Source: Lama glama
Lineage: Eukaryota
DNA: 64,000 nt
NCBI GenBank assembly: GCA_028534125.1
Contig: CM052821.1
Coordinates: 31,186,001-31,250,000 of the forward strand
Direction: 5' to 3'
Shown: positions 38,907-52,119 of the stretch, one piece after another
Numbering within the stretch: position 1 is the stretch's first letter
Layout: each line of letters starts with the position of its first letter
Position numbers and translations under genes: made by a program
The notes under the pieces: generated by a model
The model's input: only the letters and a program-made list of their open reading frames with translations
Databases searched by the model: none
Told to the model about the DNA's origin: nothing

Positions 38907-39341
38907 TGGATTAGCAATTGTCACCATGCTGTTGTGTACAAACCATTCCAAAACTTAGTTGCTTCAACAACATTTACATTCATGCTCAAAGGTCTGCATT
39001 GACTAAGATTTGGCTGATGCAGGCAAGACTCACCTGGATAATTCTGCTTCAGACTTCAGTTTGGCTGACTTTGATTCTAGTCTGCAGGTTTGATTCAGAT
39101 GTGTTCCAAGTGTGTTTGTCTGAGGCCAAGTCTGATAGGATGGCAGTTACCAAGGTCATACTCTTTTCATGGATTACCAGAGCACAAAAACAAGTAAGAG
39201 CACATAAAAACATTTAAAGACTTGACTCATGTCAAGTTTGCCAACATTCCATTGGCTAAAGCATGTCACATATATTAATCCACCCCATTAATCAATGAGG
39301 AGACGGAAAGTGAACAGTTGCTGAACACTAATCCAAGCTCA
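38907..39341 (-). mobile_element. MaLR solo LTR (MLT1I/J-like) nested in BLACKJACK
   Basis: caaaccattccaaaacttagttgctt...gccaacattccattggctaaagc...gctgaacactaatcca; flanks ccatc/ccttc consistent with a 5-bp TSD. Confidence 0.8.
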
Positions 39342-40934
39342 CCTTCTTCATCATGGGTGCCACAGTAGTATTGTTGATCACATTCAGCCGAAAGACACAA
39401 ACCTGATGAATAAGCATCAGCATCTATTTAAAAAGTTACTAATTAAACAAACTGTTTGAGATGACAACTTAACATGCACGACTAAAGAAAGTGCACTTAC
39501 TTATACACTCTCTAATGCATTTCTTTTTACTTATATCAAATGACTATTCTACTAAGTTAATTTTGTGCATTTATAATTTCAAGTGTTTTTGTACACATCA
39601 AAAAAATCAAGCAATGGCTTGTTATATATTGGCCTCATTAGCAGAATATGAACTCCCTAGAGTTAAATTATGCCAAATTTATATCAACACCATTGGATGC
39701 TTAAAAAGAATCAGTTAATTACAATAATGATTTAGTGTTTTAAATTTAATTCATGGAATCAAAATAAAGTTTTTGGTATTTTATTTTATTAAAGGTGAAA
39801 TGCCAGATATTATTAAGAATACCTTATAAATCCACAAGGTAAAATGTTTGCTTTTGCAATAATAATGTGACATAAAATTTGGTGAATCAAATTGTGAAAC
39901 TCATGGAGCAGAAACACACTTGGAATTGGGTATGGAGCATACATAATCCAAGATTGCTTTTAAATAGGCATAGTGAAATCAAAGCTATAGTTACTTGTTA
40001 AAACTTGTAAATAAATATATATAGTTAAAGTTAACCATAACAAGTTTGTCTGTTTTTGTATGAAGCTGATGTTAAAAAAAAAAAAGAAAAGGTAAAAAAG
40101 AAATAAATAGAAAAGTACATTATGGAAGCATAAGTTTCTCTCTTTGCTACCCATCTTTTATTAGATTTTACAAATATTTAAGCCTTTGAAGAACTACTTT
40201 TTGTGCCATTATAAATATCCTACCATGGTGTTAAACCTTTGTTTTGAAAATGAGAACTCTAAATTTTTTTCAGAAATGGTTAGAAAACTTTTATAAAAAT
40301 ATTAAAAAGTAATGGAACTTCAAATTGGCTTTTGGAGCCTCTAGTAATTACAATTCTTAAAAACAAACTTTGCAGATGAAAAGACATTATAATTTGTTCC
40401 TACAAAAGCAAGAAGGAATTGAACAAATTAAATGATGGTAGCTCACATGGTGAACAGAATTCAATTTTGAAATTCTGTAATTGTGCTTTGAAATAACTTA
40501 TGAGAAAAACCTTTTTATGGGCTCCTTTAAAATGGAATGGAATAAAATTAAGAAGACCTATGATGTTACAGCATCTAAATTTGGCAAAACATTAAAATAA
40601 TTGTAAAAACAGAGAAAGCCTACTTGATATGTTTTGTTTCCTAAGAATATTTGAAAAAGGAAGCACTTTGAATGAAAGGTATAAGACAGTATGTTTAAAA
40701 TAGAATAAAATATTTACACAATTCCATTAACTCCCATAAGACTGTCCTTCATTGAGCAGAATTTACTCTGCAATTACAAAATACCTCAGTGCTTTACAGA
40801 AAGTATTTTCTCAGTAAAGTATTTATGATTAATAGAGAAATATCAGTTAAAGTTGTCAAAATGTCAAATTTATTAACCCCTCAAATAAAGAAGACTGTAG
40901 GCAATTTTGTGGAAAAAATTAAAATAATAATACC

Positions 40935-41470
40935 AGGAAACAACCTAAATGTCCATCAACAGATGACTGGATAAATAAAGAAGATGTGTAATATGTATAC
41001 AATGGAACATCACTTATAAAAAAGAATGAAATAATGCCATTTGCAGCAACATGGATGGACCTGGAGATTATCATATTAAGTGAAATAAGTCACACAGAGA
41101 AAGACAAATATTGTATGGTATCACTTATAAGTGGAATCTAAAAAAAAAGATGAACTTATTCACAAAACAGGAAGACTCATAGACATAGAAAACAAACTTA
41201 TGGTTACTAAAGGGGAAAACAGGGAAGTGGGGAAGGATAAATTAGGAGTTTGGGATTAGTATATACACATACTATATATAAAATAGATAACTGTATAGCA
41301 TAAGGGACTATATTCAATATGTTATAATAACCTACAATGGAAAACAATCTGAAAAAGAACATATATCTGTATAATTGAATCACTATGCTGTACACCAGAA
41401 ATGAACAAATATTGTAAATCAACTGTACTTCACTAAAAAATTAAATAAATAAAATTAAAAACTAAAAAAT
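40935..41470 (+). mobile_element. Young cetartiodactyl-type L1 3' end nested in BLACKJACK
   Basis: aaacaacctaaatgtccatcaacagatgactggata...aaaaagaatgaaataatgccatttgcagcaacatggatggacctggagattatcat...tgtaaatcaactgtacttca plus A-rich tail. Confidence 0.93.
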
Positions 41471-42179
41471 GAAGAACACTAAGAAGATCTAAAATAGTAA
41501 TAAATAAGAATAAGAAGAAGACCATTAAAAAATACATTCTTCAGAAATTTTCCATTGGCTTAATATTAGATCTAGGTATAGCTTTAAATGATTAAATTAC
41601 AGAAATAGGTACCAAGAATGATTGTTCTCCTTACACTATTTTTAATGTGCATATAATCATATAAGTTTTTTAACCTTACTATATACATTAATAGATACTA
41701 TTTTGAAGTTTTAGACAAAACTTTTAAAATATTTTTTGAATTGAATTATTTTGTAGGCCAACCAATATATAATAATAGTGTAGACCTGGAGTGCTGGCGT
41801 AGCCCCAGTGCCCACCACTATCACCAAACACAAGCTCAACAGCTGTGACCTCCAGGCCCTGCTTCGTCTGACCTGGAGGAGTCCAGACAATGTGTGTACT
41901 GCTGAGACCTTGAACTCAGTCTGCACCTCAGAGAGAAACAAAGAGAGGCACAGAGGACCAGTTGTTCATGTAATTGTAGCTTGATGCTTAGTTATATATC
42001 TTGAATGGCTTATTTGCTGCTTTGACAGTAATTTCAAATAAAAACAAGTAGCCAAGTAAAAAAGTCATCATTCTCTTCAGTTTTTCAACCTGGATCAGCC
42101 CTTGTGGCCTATCCTAACTCAACTGATTTAACTAGAAATTTGGATAGAATCATATAAGGTCTATGGGGGAAGGGGTTGA

Positions 42180-42460
42180 GATAAGAGAGAATTCTCATTT
42201 ACCTAGAGGTGGTCATTATTCAATAGGCAATGTCTAAAAGTTTTTAAAATATTTAAGAAGTAGCATTATAAACATATTGTATAAAATATGGAAGTAAATA
42301 GAAGAAACTGCTAAAATGATTGAAAGTAGGAATGAATTTGGGATTAAGAGGGAGAAAAGCTGGTAGCAAAAGTTTTGTTGTCATATCATAACCCAAGTTT
42401 CAAAATGTTGAACATGTATTGTTTTGATTTTTCAAAAGCAAATAAGTTTATTTTTTTTTT
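42180..42460 (+). mobile_element. HAL1-like 3' end
   Basis: catattgtataaaatatggaagtaaatagaagaaactgctaaaatgattgaaagtagg resembles the recalled HAL1 3' end. Confidence 0.5.
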
Positions 42461-44449
42461 AATGAAGTGCCTGATATACATGGTAAGAAATCAAGTTTTC
42501 CTTTCTCTGTCATTCCCAGTTTTCACCAACCTCTACTTATGCATCTGATTCCTCCTGTTTTCTGGCAATTTCTGCATAAGAAATTACTAATTCACTGTGA
42601 TCTTGAGGCCATGCAGACTGACTTGGATAGTCTTGGAATTGCTAAATCATTATGAAAGGTTTTCTATTAGGCAAATTTCAATCCCTTTACTTTTCAAATT
42701 TTCATTAACTCAAAGCATTTGTACAAATATACAGTTGATTAGAATCTGGAAAAGAAATGAGCTTTTTTATGTTCTTCTGTGGCATTCCCAATATCACACA
42801 CTATAATAAATTAATTTCAAAGATTACCTACTACCCACAGACATTCTTCTCATCATGTTAAAAGAAAACAGAGACCACCCATTTCCAGGTTCCCATGCTG
42901 GAGATGAGACTTATGGGTGCATTATTACAAATCAAGATCACTGGTGGATAGAAATTCTGGGATTCAATAAAGGAAGTTGCACCCAAGCTTGTTAATGAAA
43001 CATTTTTTACTAATCACTGACTTCTCCTTCCTCTAGTTTCTGGATAAACAAGTTAAGACTGCTGAGTGTTGTGGGCTGGTCCCCGGTTTCCTTGCAATAC
43101 ACTGTCTGGACTCTACTACTGAAATGCACGTCATTGTCTGTGCATTAGTCTGAGGCCTGCAGGCGCTGCTGTGACTTGCTCATACCTGGTGTTCAAATCC
43201 TCCAGCTGTTGTGTCGGCACTTTAAGGTCAACTCTGTGATCATAACTGGCCAGGCTCACTCTTTATAATTGGCAATGGATTCTCTTTTAATGTGATCAGA
43301 ACTCAGATCAGCCTCAGCCGCAAACAGACTTGATCAGTAGTGAAACGTAGAATACTTCACATTGAAATTGCCAGCAGAGTAGATACAGGGTCATGCTAGG
43401 GTCTGGATAAAGTTTCACAGCAGGTTTAAAATGGTATCAAGTAAAAAATGTGAGTTAATATTGAGGGCAATTATCCATTACCAGGCTGCTCCAGCCTCCT
43501 CTTTAAGAGTAAGGAAGTAACTGATCATAATCATGGCTACATTCACCAAGGATTATAGGGTGTCCAGACAGGCGTGGTTTTAAGTGCTTTTTCTGCCTTA
43601 TCGCATTTAGTCCTCATCTCATCCGTAGGTGGTATTTCCTTTTCATGCGATTAAACAAAAGAATTCCTTAAACACTTAGCACAGTGCCTAACAATGCATA
43701 AAGAAGTGATAGCTTACTACCATCACTAATCGTCAGTAAAGACTCATCAATGTGTTGTGATTATAAGCGAAATCTTTCAGAATCCTAAGGCTCAAGGTAA
43801 ACTTTTTCTGCTGCGGGGAGAATTCAAACGGTGGAACAGTAAACTCGGATGCAAGTTTACATTTCTATATTTTAGTAGCTAATAATCTGAATGAGTGAGG
43901 GCAAGACAAAAGAAATTTCTCAACACCAATTCTAGTGACTGAAGTACATCCCATGTCCAGGTGTTAGTTACATATGACTTCTTGGGCCAATGCCTCCCCA
44001 GTCTAATACCAAGATTTTTGCTCAGTGACCAGAGATTCAGTCCCAAAGCCTCAAATGTCCAAGGAGGGAATGGGAAGCCTGGGCAGACAGTGGGAATGCT
44101 TTGTTCTAACAGAGTGAAGCTTGATAGCAAAGATGCTATAGAGGAAATTCGGGCACCAGTTAAATGCCTTTTAATGCCGTGTCTTACTCTGAGAATTGAT
44201 GATGTTAAGAACTCATGTCAATAGGTTTTTTCTTTTTTAGGTATTAAAGTGAAGACTCTCACTGTATTGCTAAGTATAAGTTTTGAAAGTAAAGTTTAGT
44301 GAAACCCTGTAATTAATTAAAACCTTTAACTTTGAAAAATATTTGCCTTAAAAATAGACACTAAAAATTTAAACATTAGAGTCCTGAATGGCTACAGTTG
44401 AGGTGGGCAAGGGGAATGACAGAGGAATATGATTAAATCATGGCTTTGT

Positions 44450-44670
44450 CTACAGGCAGATAGGACTAGGATTAAAACATGACCCTGAGCCCAGCTAGCT
44501 GTGTAAACTTGGGAAAGAGGTAAAATCACCTCTTTATGTGTAGGTTTTTACATCTGTAAAATATGATTCCTTAAAGAGTCTTTATGAGGATTGTATGAGA
44601 TTACACATATAAAGTACTCAGCACATATAAGATACTCAATAAATGACAGTTATAATGACAATAATGATAA
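44450..44670 (+). mobile_element. MIR SINE
   Basis: ctagctgtgtaaacttggga...catctgtaaaat...atgaggattgtatgaga...tactcaataaatg. Confidence 0.8.
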
Positions 44671-45489
44671 AGAGGATGAGGAGACCCAGGAAGCACCTTA
44701 GACTTCATAAATTCTGAACAACAGAGGGGTAGTTTTCAAGTCACTCATCATAAAAGATTTTCTCCTCTTGTCAAAAATTCGGGCATATCCAACCCCTCCT
44801 ATTCTCATAAACCAGCTGAGAAAAATGCAATCCTGTGCAGGAAAGAGTAGAAAGGTGGATTAAGTGTTCCTCACAGGTAGTACCACACAGGTGATTCACA
44901 TTTGCATCCAGTGGGTCCCCAACAAACTGAAACACACAGGAGACATTCAATAAGTAGAGCCAAGCAGAACAGGAAGCACATTTACCATTAACAACATTCC
45001 CTGTAGGAAATAACCAGTGTTGCAGAGTTTCCCAAAGGACAGCGGGGATGTGGAACTCACTGATGAAAATTCCATGGCATCCGGAAATTATCTGTAGTTA
45101 AAGTGCAAATGGCCAGATATAGGGGACGAACCATTCCAATGAGTCTGGATAATTCCAGGAAATACAAAATCCAGAGTTGGACAGATAAGGAGTTCCAGAT
45201 CACATTTAAGGCACAGAAATGACCAAATCCCCAGTGAGGAGGACCTGGATGTTAACACCAGGCCTGCATTTATACTATTTGTTACATCATTAACTTACAG
45301 TGAATTGTTTCTCATTGTGTAGTATATTCAGTCATTCTCAATTATTCCTTTCATTAAAAAGGCTCTTTGGTTGCTGTTTAGGACACATAGGATAATGGAA
45401 CCCGCAAATGACAATTCCAGTATCAGTCTTAGGATGGAGAGTCCAAGCTCAGTAGATACCACATTTTAGTAGTGTTGTTTTCATGTGGT

Positions 45490-45720
45490 TTAATCCAGTC
45501 TGGGTGTGCTAAGCATTATACTGCACATTAATTTGTTTCTTTGATCACAACCTGCCTTTGTAAGTAGGTAGGGAAAGTATTATCAAACCCATTTTACAGA
45601 TGACAGAATTGACATTTTAGTTAATTTCCCAAGTTTACAGTGTTTATGTTAGAACTAAGAGTAAAACTCAGGCCAGTTCCAGTAAAACCAAATCCCAGGA
45701 GCTCCCCTCTTTACCTTATA
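45490..45720 (-). mobile_element. MIR SINE
   Basis: gtattatcaaacccattttacagatga. Confidence 0.65.
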
Positions 45721-46149
45721 GCCTTTTGAGAAGTACTGTTGTGAATAATATGACATTTTTATTTGCTTCTGGTTTCAGAGTGCTACATTTTAAAATCCAA
45801 TTTGGATTTAAGTCTACTATGTGTTGAATATGTAATCTCTGAACTGTGGAAAACCTTGTGATGTTACAAAGGATCCAAGAGCTATATAGTCTAAGAGGAA
45901 ATCATTTTTAAAGGAAATGAATGTATTGAATGATTCAGATCTCTAAAATATTCATTTTACACAAGGAGATGTTTTAGTACTAGATTCCATGCTAATACAC
46001 TACAGAAAATATTAACATCAATAACCCTTTAGGATGGAATTAAGACAGAAATTTAAACCCAGCCTAGCTCTAAAATTTCTATGTTTAACATTTATTGAAG
46101 CAGCCATACTCAGTCACATTCTGAAGGTTGCAACTTGTTAAATTTGCGC

Positions 46150-46189
<40 letters not shown>
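46150..46189 (+). repeat. (TG)n(TA)n compound microsatellite
   Basis: Directly visible, about 10 units each. Confidence 0.97.
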
Positions 46190-46356
46190 CAGGCCAAGAA
46201 ATGTAAGTGTAATATAATTTTCACATGTTTTGTGTGAAATGTTCTTTTAGTTGATCGGTTATGGAGATTTTGAATTCACAGATCCTGACACCTGCATATA
46301 CATACACATTTGCAGACGGTAATTAGAGCCTCACCTCTCCACCTCCCTCAGTGTCT

Positions 46357-46456
46357 NNNNNNNNNNNNNNNNNNNNNNNNNNNNNNNNNNNNNNNNNNNN
46401 NNNNNNNNNNNNNNNNNNNNNNNNNNNNNNNNNNNNNNNNNNNNNNNNNNNNNNNN
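46357..46456. other. Assembly gap (100 N)
   Basis: Run of N. Confidence 0.99.
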
Positions 46457-48839
46457 GCTTATCTTTTGTTTATCTTTCCAGGACTCACAGGGAGGAAGAA
46501 GAGGCTGCTGTTCTGGCACAATCCCAGGTCTGAATTTGTCATCTCTTATGTTTTGAATCAGCTGCCTTTGGATTGTTGTATACTTGGTCCAGAAGGGTTA
46601 GAGTGGATCTCATCTCATCCCCTCCTCAGAGAGGTTGTGAAGACGTCAGCCCTGAATGAGTAAGCTGGGTGGTCTGGGATGAGTCAGTCATTTCACAGAA
46701 GGAGCAGTAGGTGCATGTCAGCAGGCGGAGGTCTTTGACACCCTTCATCAATTCCCTCTTTTCTGAGTTACCTTTTAACGGTGGTAGAGCAATTGCTTTT
46801 AACGAATTACTGATTTTCCAGCCAGGAGAAATATTAGGGATTATCAAATGTCATTCCTATCATTTTATGGAAATGGAGGCACAGAGAGGTGACATGCTTT
46901 TTTCAAGGCCACATAACTAGTAGTGATAACTGGAACTAGAGAATAAGTTTACTAACACCCTTTTGCTTTAAACTCTGCCTCCTGTGCCCAGTCAAATAAA
47001 TGACTGCACTGAGATGGTCACTGAATTAAGCAGTTGTTTTGATTGAACTGGTATAATCAATTAAAATTCCTGCAACTAGGGTTTATTTATACTCATGAAC
47101 AGACTTGAAGCTGATTAAGCATTTTGGATTCAGTTCTTTCTGGATTCCTTGGGCCATGCTCTCATCTGGCTCAACCTCAAAATAAAGAACCTCAGAACAT
47201 TTTATTCCTTAAAAAATGCAATTAGACATGCCATGTAAAACGTATAGTCTTGTGTGATTATAGGAATTTTGCCATTATAACCTCTCGGCCAAAGATGATT
47301 TTATTATGTAGAATTGAATTGAAGTCATATAAATGGAAAACAGTATTTCTAAAACGCCAAGAAAGGACAACCACTGCAAAGAATGTGATAACATCTACAT
47401 CACGTAAATGATGGGTTTCGACTAATACTTAAAGTTCTTTGGAACTCAGAATAATGGAACTCATGAAGGAAATAACCAGGATGACCTTAAAATTTCTCTA
47501 GCAAATCTCAGGGGAAAATGCACAGTTAACAAGCATGCTGGCAATCATCATAAAATATCTAACAGCTTTCTTTCAGTTGCAGGACAAAGGAATTTGTGTT
47601 AACAAAGATGGAAAATTGGATAAAAAGATTGATTTTTTTTCTGTAGCTCCTGGCCTGGTGTTTTAAAAGTCAAGAAGTACTATTTTCATTCACGGCCATA
47701 GCAAGGTATAGTGGAATCAGTCATGAAATTGGTTAAACAAAGGCATTTGTGAAAGCATGTAAAACTGATGCAAAGAAAGTTAAATCATCACCATGTTTGC
47801 CGTAAAAGTCTACTGCATCTCTACACATGTGTTTCAGTTACAGCCACGTTGACTGAGATTTTGTTTAATAAGCTATTTTCCGCAGCGAGTTTATTCTTTG
47901 TTCCATGCTGAGTTCCTTTTAGGATTTCCATGTGACTTGCATTAGCATTTTTGGCTTCAAAACTACCTCTAATGAATCATTTGCAGTTTTTTTTAAGGGT
48001 GCTTAAAAAATTAGACTGTGACAGTTATCCAAAACATAATTTGATATGCTGTTTAATTATTTAATATGCTATTTAAAAATTGAAGTGTGGCCTCTGGTTG
48101 GTTGATTGATACAGTACCATTAAGGTGGATTTGATGCCCCTTCAAGAAGATAATTATCAGCCGAGTCCTTCATGGTCTGGACTTATAAATTAAGTTGTGT
48201 TCTAATAAAATGCTAATTCAAAAATGTCAACTTCAATGGTTTTAGAAGTGTATCTTTAAAATATTAATAAACACCTACATCTTTAAAAAAGTAATTACTA
48301 AGCTAAGGAAATTGAGTGAAATATTCTGTTAAAATGAAAGTAGTCTAATACATATAGTATTTCTTATTATATTTATATGTAGTCACATTTATTTCCCATT
48401 TCCATATTCTCAAGAAAATACATGATTCTCTTCTACAAAAATATTTGTCAACATACAATGGTTCAAATCTTTGCAATAATGGTGGGTCTTGAGACAAATC
48501 TTAGACATCATGACAAAACCTCACAACTCTCTTTACAGGAGAAAAATGAAAGTAATGGTTGGCTCTCTTTGCAGCTTGTTACCAAATTCTGCCTCTTTTT
48601 GCAAAAAAAAAAAAAATTTTTCATTTTTTCCAAGAGTAACACAAATGGAAATGAAAATGGAAGTATAACGCAGCTTAGATAAATATCTTATACTTTTGAA
48701 GAGTATTCTGAAGACCTCTACATTAGAATCAGTTGTGGTTTAAAATGCAAATTATTGGCTAGTCTCAGACCTATGGAATCAGAAGGTTCTCTAAAATCTG
48801 AAAACCGGTGATTGAGATGCTTAACAATTTCTTGTTTCA

Positions 48840-49030
48840 GAGAGTCTTCCCTAATCCTCAAAGCCAGATTTGTTACCCTTAACCATATTCTTCTTTCATT
48901 TCATTACCCTTAACACTGTAATCACTGCCTAGACAGCGGGGGCTGTGTCTTCTCTTCTGTATTCTCAAAGCTTAGCACAGTATTGACATATGATAAACCT
49001 TTAAGAAACTCTTTGTTGAATAAATGAATG
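48840..49030 (+). mobile_element. L2 3' end
   Basis: ggggctgtgtcttctcttctgtattctc...cttagcacagt...tttgttgaataaatgaatga. Confidence 0.7.
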
Positions 49031-50342
49031 ACTAATTAGTATAACATAGAACTATGGCCATGATGAAGCAGAATTCTTGATGATAATCCAATTTCCCAAG
49101 TCACAGACAAAAGTGATTTTAAATAGTTATCTCCTTCCATCTCCCACCACTCATGCTACCACCACTCCAGAGAATAGTGTTCTTTTAACTATAATTTTCC
49201 AATCCACCACCTCTGAAACTGAACTGTCACCTCAGCAGTGATATTAAAGTATGTCTACAGCTTTGCAACAATTTTTAGCCAAGTCTTTTGCTAATTCAAA
49301 TTTAGAACAGGAAATCTTCTGCACCCTTGGCATCAAAATCAAGAGTGCTCTTAAGAGAAGGAGTTTAAAATGCAAGATAAGAGAAGTTCCATGCAGTGAA
49401 GTGGTTGACTAAGAGTTAGGGAAATGGAAGAAGCCACAGACACTAGAAGCCTTGTATAATTCCTTGAGCTTAAGTCTGGAAATCAGTTCGAAAACTGTAG
49501 TTAGAGGGTTTTGAACATTTTAGCCAAGCATTCAAGATTAAGGGGGGTACCTTATTTACTTGATTATCGGCTACAGTTTGTATTAAAAGCATCACCCCCT
49601 ACAGAGAGCATGGAGGGCTGATCTGGGAAAACGACCCCAGTGTACCTGCCCTTACATTTATCTCATAAACCACACTTCTGGTTTAGAAAGAAGCCAAAAG
49701 AGGGAGCTGCCTAGAGCATTTCTTAATTTAAATGATATATTTAATAATAATGTTCCAGGCTCAGAAGTCGCTAGCGCACAATTGTCTTGAAGTCAGTGGC
49801 TGCAGCCTCTTTACCTTTGCACCCTCGTACTCCTTCAAAGAATTCTTGCTCATAGCAGAAGCTCCTTGGTCAGTGTGTCTTGAATGCTGAATACAAACAG
49901 AAGGAGAACTCACATAAGTCTAAGAATAGAGAATTTTAAGTAACTGGGCTTTCTATCATTGAAGTTTTGCTGTTGAGTATTATACTAAATTATAGACAAA
50001 CCCTATTAATTCTAAAATATAGACTCAGATAGGTCATAAGAGGTAAATACAGACAAGACCAGGCAGGAACTGAAGCCAGAGTGTGGAGTGGGAGCTTGGC
50101 CACTGGGAAGACAAGTACAGTTATTAAGACTAGAAACAAGCTGAGTTGATTCTGAGCAGCTGAGATAATGGCCTGAGGCCTCTTCAGGACTGGTTGAGTT
50201 GGAGATTTTCGAGTGGGGTTTGAACACTTGGCCAAAGAAGGTTGGTAAGTGGTCAAGGGTACTCCGAGATTAGAGAAAGTTTCCACAAAAGTTTAGCTTA
50301 TAGCAATATCCTCCTTTAGCACACTGATCAACAATTGCCAGG

Positions 50343-51341
50343 CAGGGCTAGATGCGTGCATGTACATACAGCCTTGTGCAGCTAGAGAAGCTCCATTCCA
50401 TGCTTGGTTTAATGCTCTGCTGTCACCGTCTTGAAATTCTAAAGAATTTTATTTTAGAACTTGTGTTTGAAAGCAGGGTTCCGTGGGGCAATGGAGCGTG
50501 CACATGAGCAGAGAGGGTATGCACAAAATGCATGTCTGTCATTCCTTGCCACCTTTTTTGCATATAGGGTTTGTGTTGCCCCGTGAGCACAGAACTCTGG
50601 TGGACCGATGATGTCGACAAGTTCAGCAAGACTGAAAGTGAATACAAGTAACATTTAAAACTGAGTAATCCAGAGGTGCTGACAGCCCCCAGAGTCTACA
50701 CTTTCAATCTGAAGCAGAACGTCCTTTGAACAAAGAAAGAAGGCAATGGAATCCTAAGAAGCATCAGCAGTCAGTTTTTACTCATGATATTCCCTTGTAT
50801 TAGCCAAACACTTTCACTGAAAATGATGACTTAGAAGGTGAGGGAGAGATAGGGCAACATATAGTCCCTTCTCCTGTCAGTTCTTTACTCATTGATAAGC
50901 CAAAGGTAGACGGTGTTGGTAGAATGTATATTTATCAAGAAGGGATATAAAAGCAGGGCAGCATTTCCACTCTTCTGGTAAGAACAAAATACATATGAGC
51001 TATGAAAAATACATATGCATGTATGAGCTATGAAATATGAATTGTGCCATTTCAACAATTTTGCATATGCTCTTATATTTGCATTTAAAACTGACATTGC
51101 ACAATAAAAAAATGAACAGTAAAATTCATGCAAATAATTTAAAATTTTAATATTTTTCTACCTAGAATGACATTAAATAAAAAATAAAAAACACCATTAA
51201 GTCAAGAGAAAAGCCACAGAAGAAAAAAAAAGTTTATCTTTTTAATACCTTTAATGGCATTTCCCTCCACCCTGCTTTTTCAAGGAGGAGTTGTGCATTT
51301 TTATTGTGCACTGGGCCCTGCACATTATATAGCTAACCTTG
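50343..51341 (+). mobile_element. Complete MER45B-like hAT-Tip100 element
   Basis: cagggctag...gcttggtttaatgctctgctgtcaccgtcttgaaattct at left; gcactgggccctgcacattatatagctaaccttg at right; 8-bp flanks ttgccagg/ctgtcagg. Confidence 0.88.
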
Positions 51342-51469
51342 CTGTCAGGCAAGTATTTCAAGAAGCATTGTCTTGGAAAATTCTGGAAAGGAGGAATGCA
51401 CAGCAGGGAACTAAAGCCTGAAAGATTATCTAACCTCCTTCCCAGTCACAGAGCAATCAAACGACACTG

Positions 51470-51640
51470 TCAGGAACTCTGATCTGGGCTGGCCTTGTGA
51501 AAGCTGCCTAACCTTTCTGAGCCTCAGTTTTCCCATAGTAACATGTATGGGTGCTGAGAGGGATAGACATAACTCATGAAAAGTGTCTACTACAAAATAA
51601 GCTCTTAGTATATGATAGCTGTTAACACTGCTATAATTAA
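51470..51640 (+). mobile_element. MIR SINE
   Basis: ctaacctttctgagcctcagttttcccatagtaacatg. Confidence 0.75.
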
Positions 51641-52119
51641 AAGTTCTGTTATTTCTAGGACACATAGGATTACCCTTACATTTGGCAGATTAGGAATTGC
51701 TTTTGTGAAAGGATTTGAAGACATCCTGATTTCCTCCTGATGCCTAAAATCCCCCAAGCAATCCACTCCTGATTATTCTAATTTTCCTTTCCACAGGGCT
51801 ACCCATAAAAGGTATAATACAAATCCTGAGCATCTCAGTGTGAAAGTAACAGCAGATAGAGGCCATCTCTGCAAGAGCGATGGACACCTGGAGCGTTGGG
51901 TGGAAGGTATTTCTGAAAGGGACAAGTGCCCCAGAAGGAAATCATGAGGGGAGAGTACAAGGAAGTACAAAAACAAATTCCACCTTCTTGGAAGCTACAA
52001 GTTAGGCTTGTGATCATCAAAGTGAACACATTTGGGTAAGTCGAATATCTTACAACCCATCGGTCTCAATTTTCAAACAAAATAATGGGTTGATTATTGT
52101 GAAAATACCTTCACAATCT

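Larger units (their letters stand above)
37427..41750 (+). mobile_element. Near full-length BLACKJACK hAT transposon fossil (dead transposase), interrupted by three later insertions
   Basis: Starts gggtgaccacat (MER94-type TIR). Internal blocks match recalled BLACKJACK consensus, e.g. gcatcagcatctattt, tcaaatgactattctactaagttaattt, attcatggaatcaaaataaag, atggagcagaaacacacttggaattgg, tttctctctttgctaccc, agcctttgaagaact, aaaaaatacattcttcagaaa. Many stops and frameshifts; 3' TIR not evident. Confidence 0.8.

Noticed and set aside
43186-43260. Minus-strand peptide ...QQLEDLNTR resembling the dystrophin LEDLNTR motif
   Set aside because: Only 7 residues match, there is an in-frame TAA just upstream, no acceptor is present, and the dystrophin continuation WKLLQ is absent.
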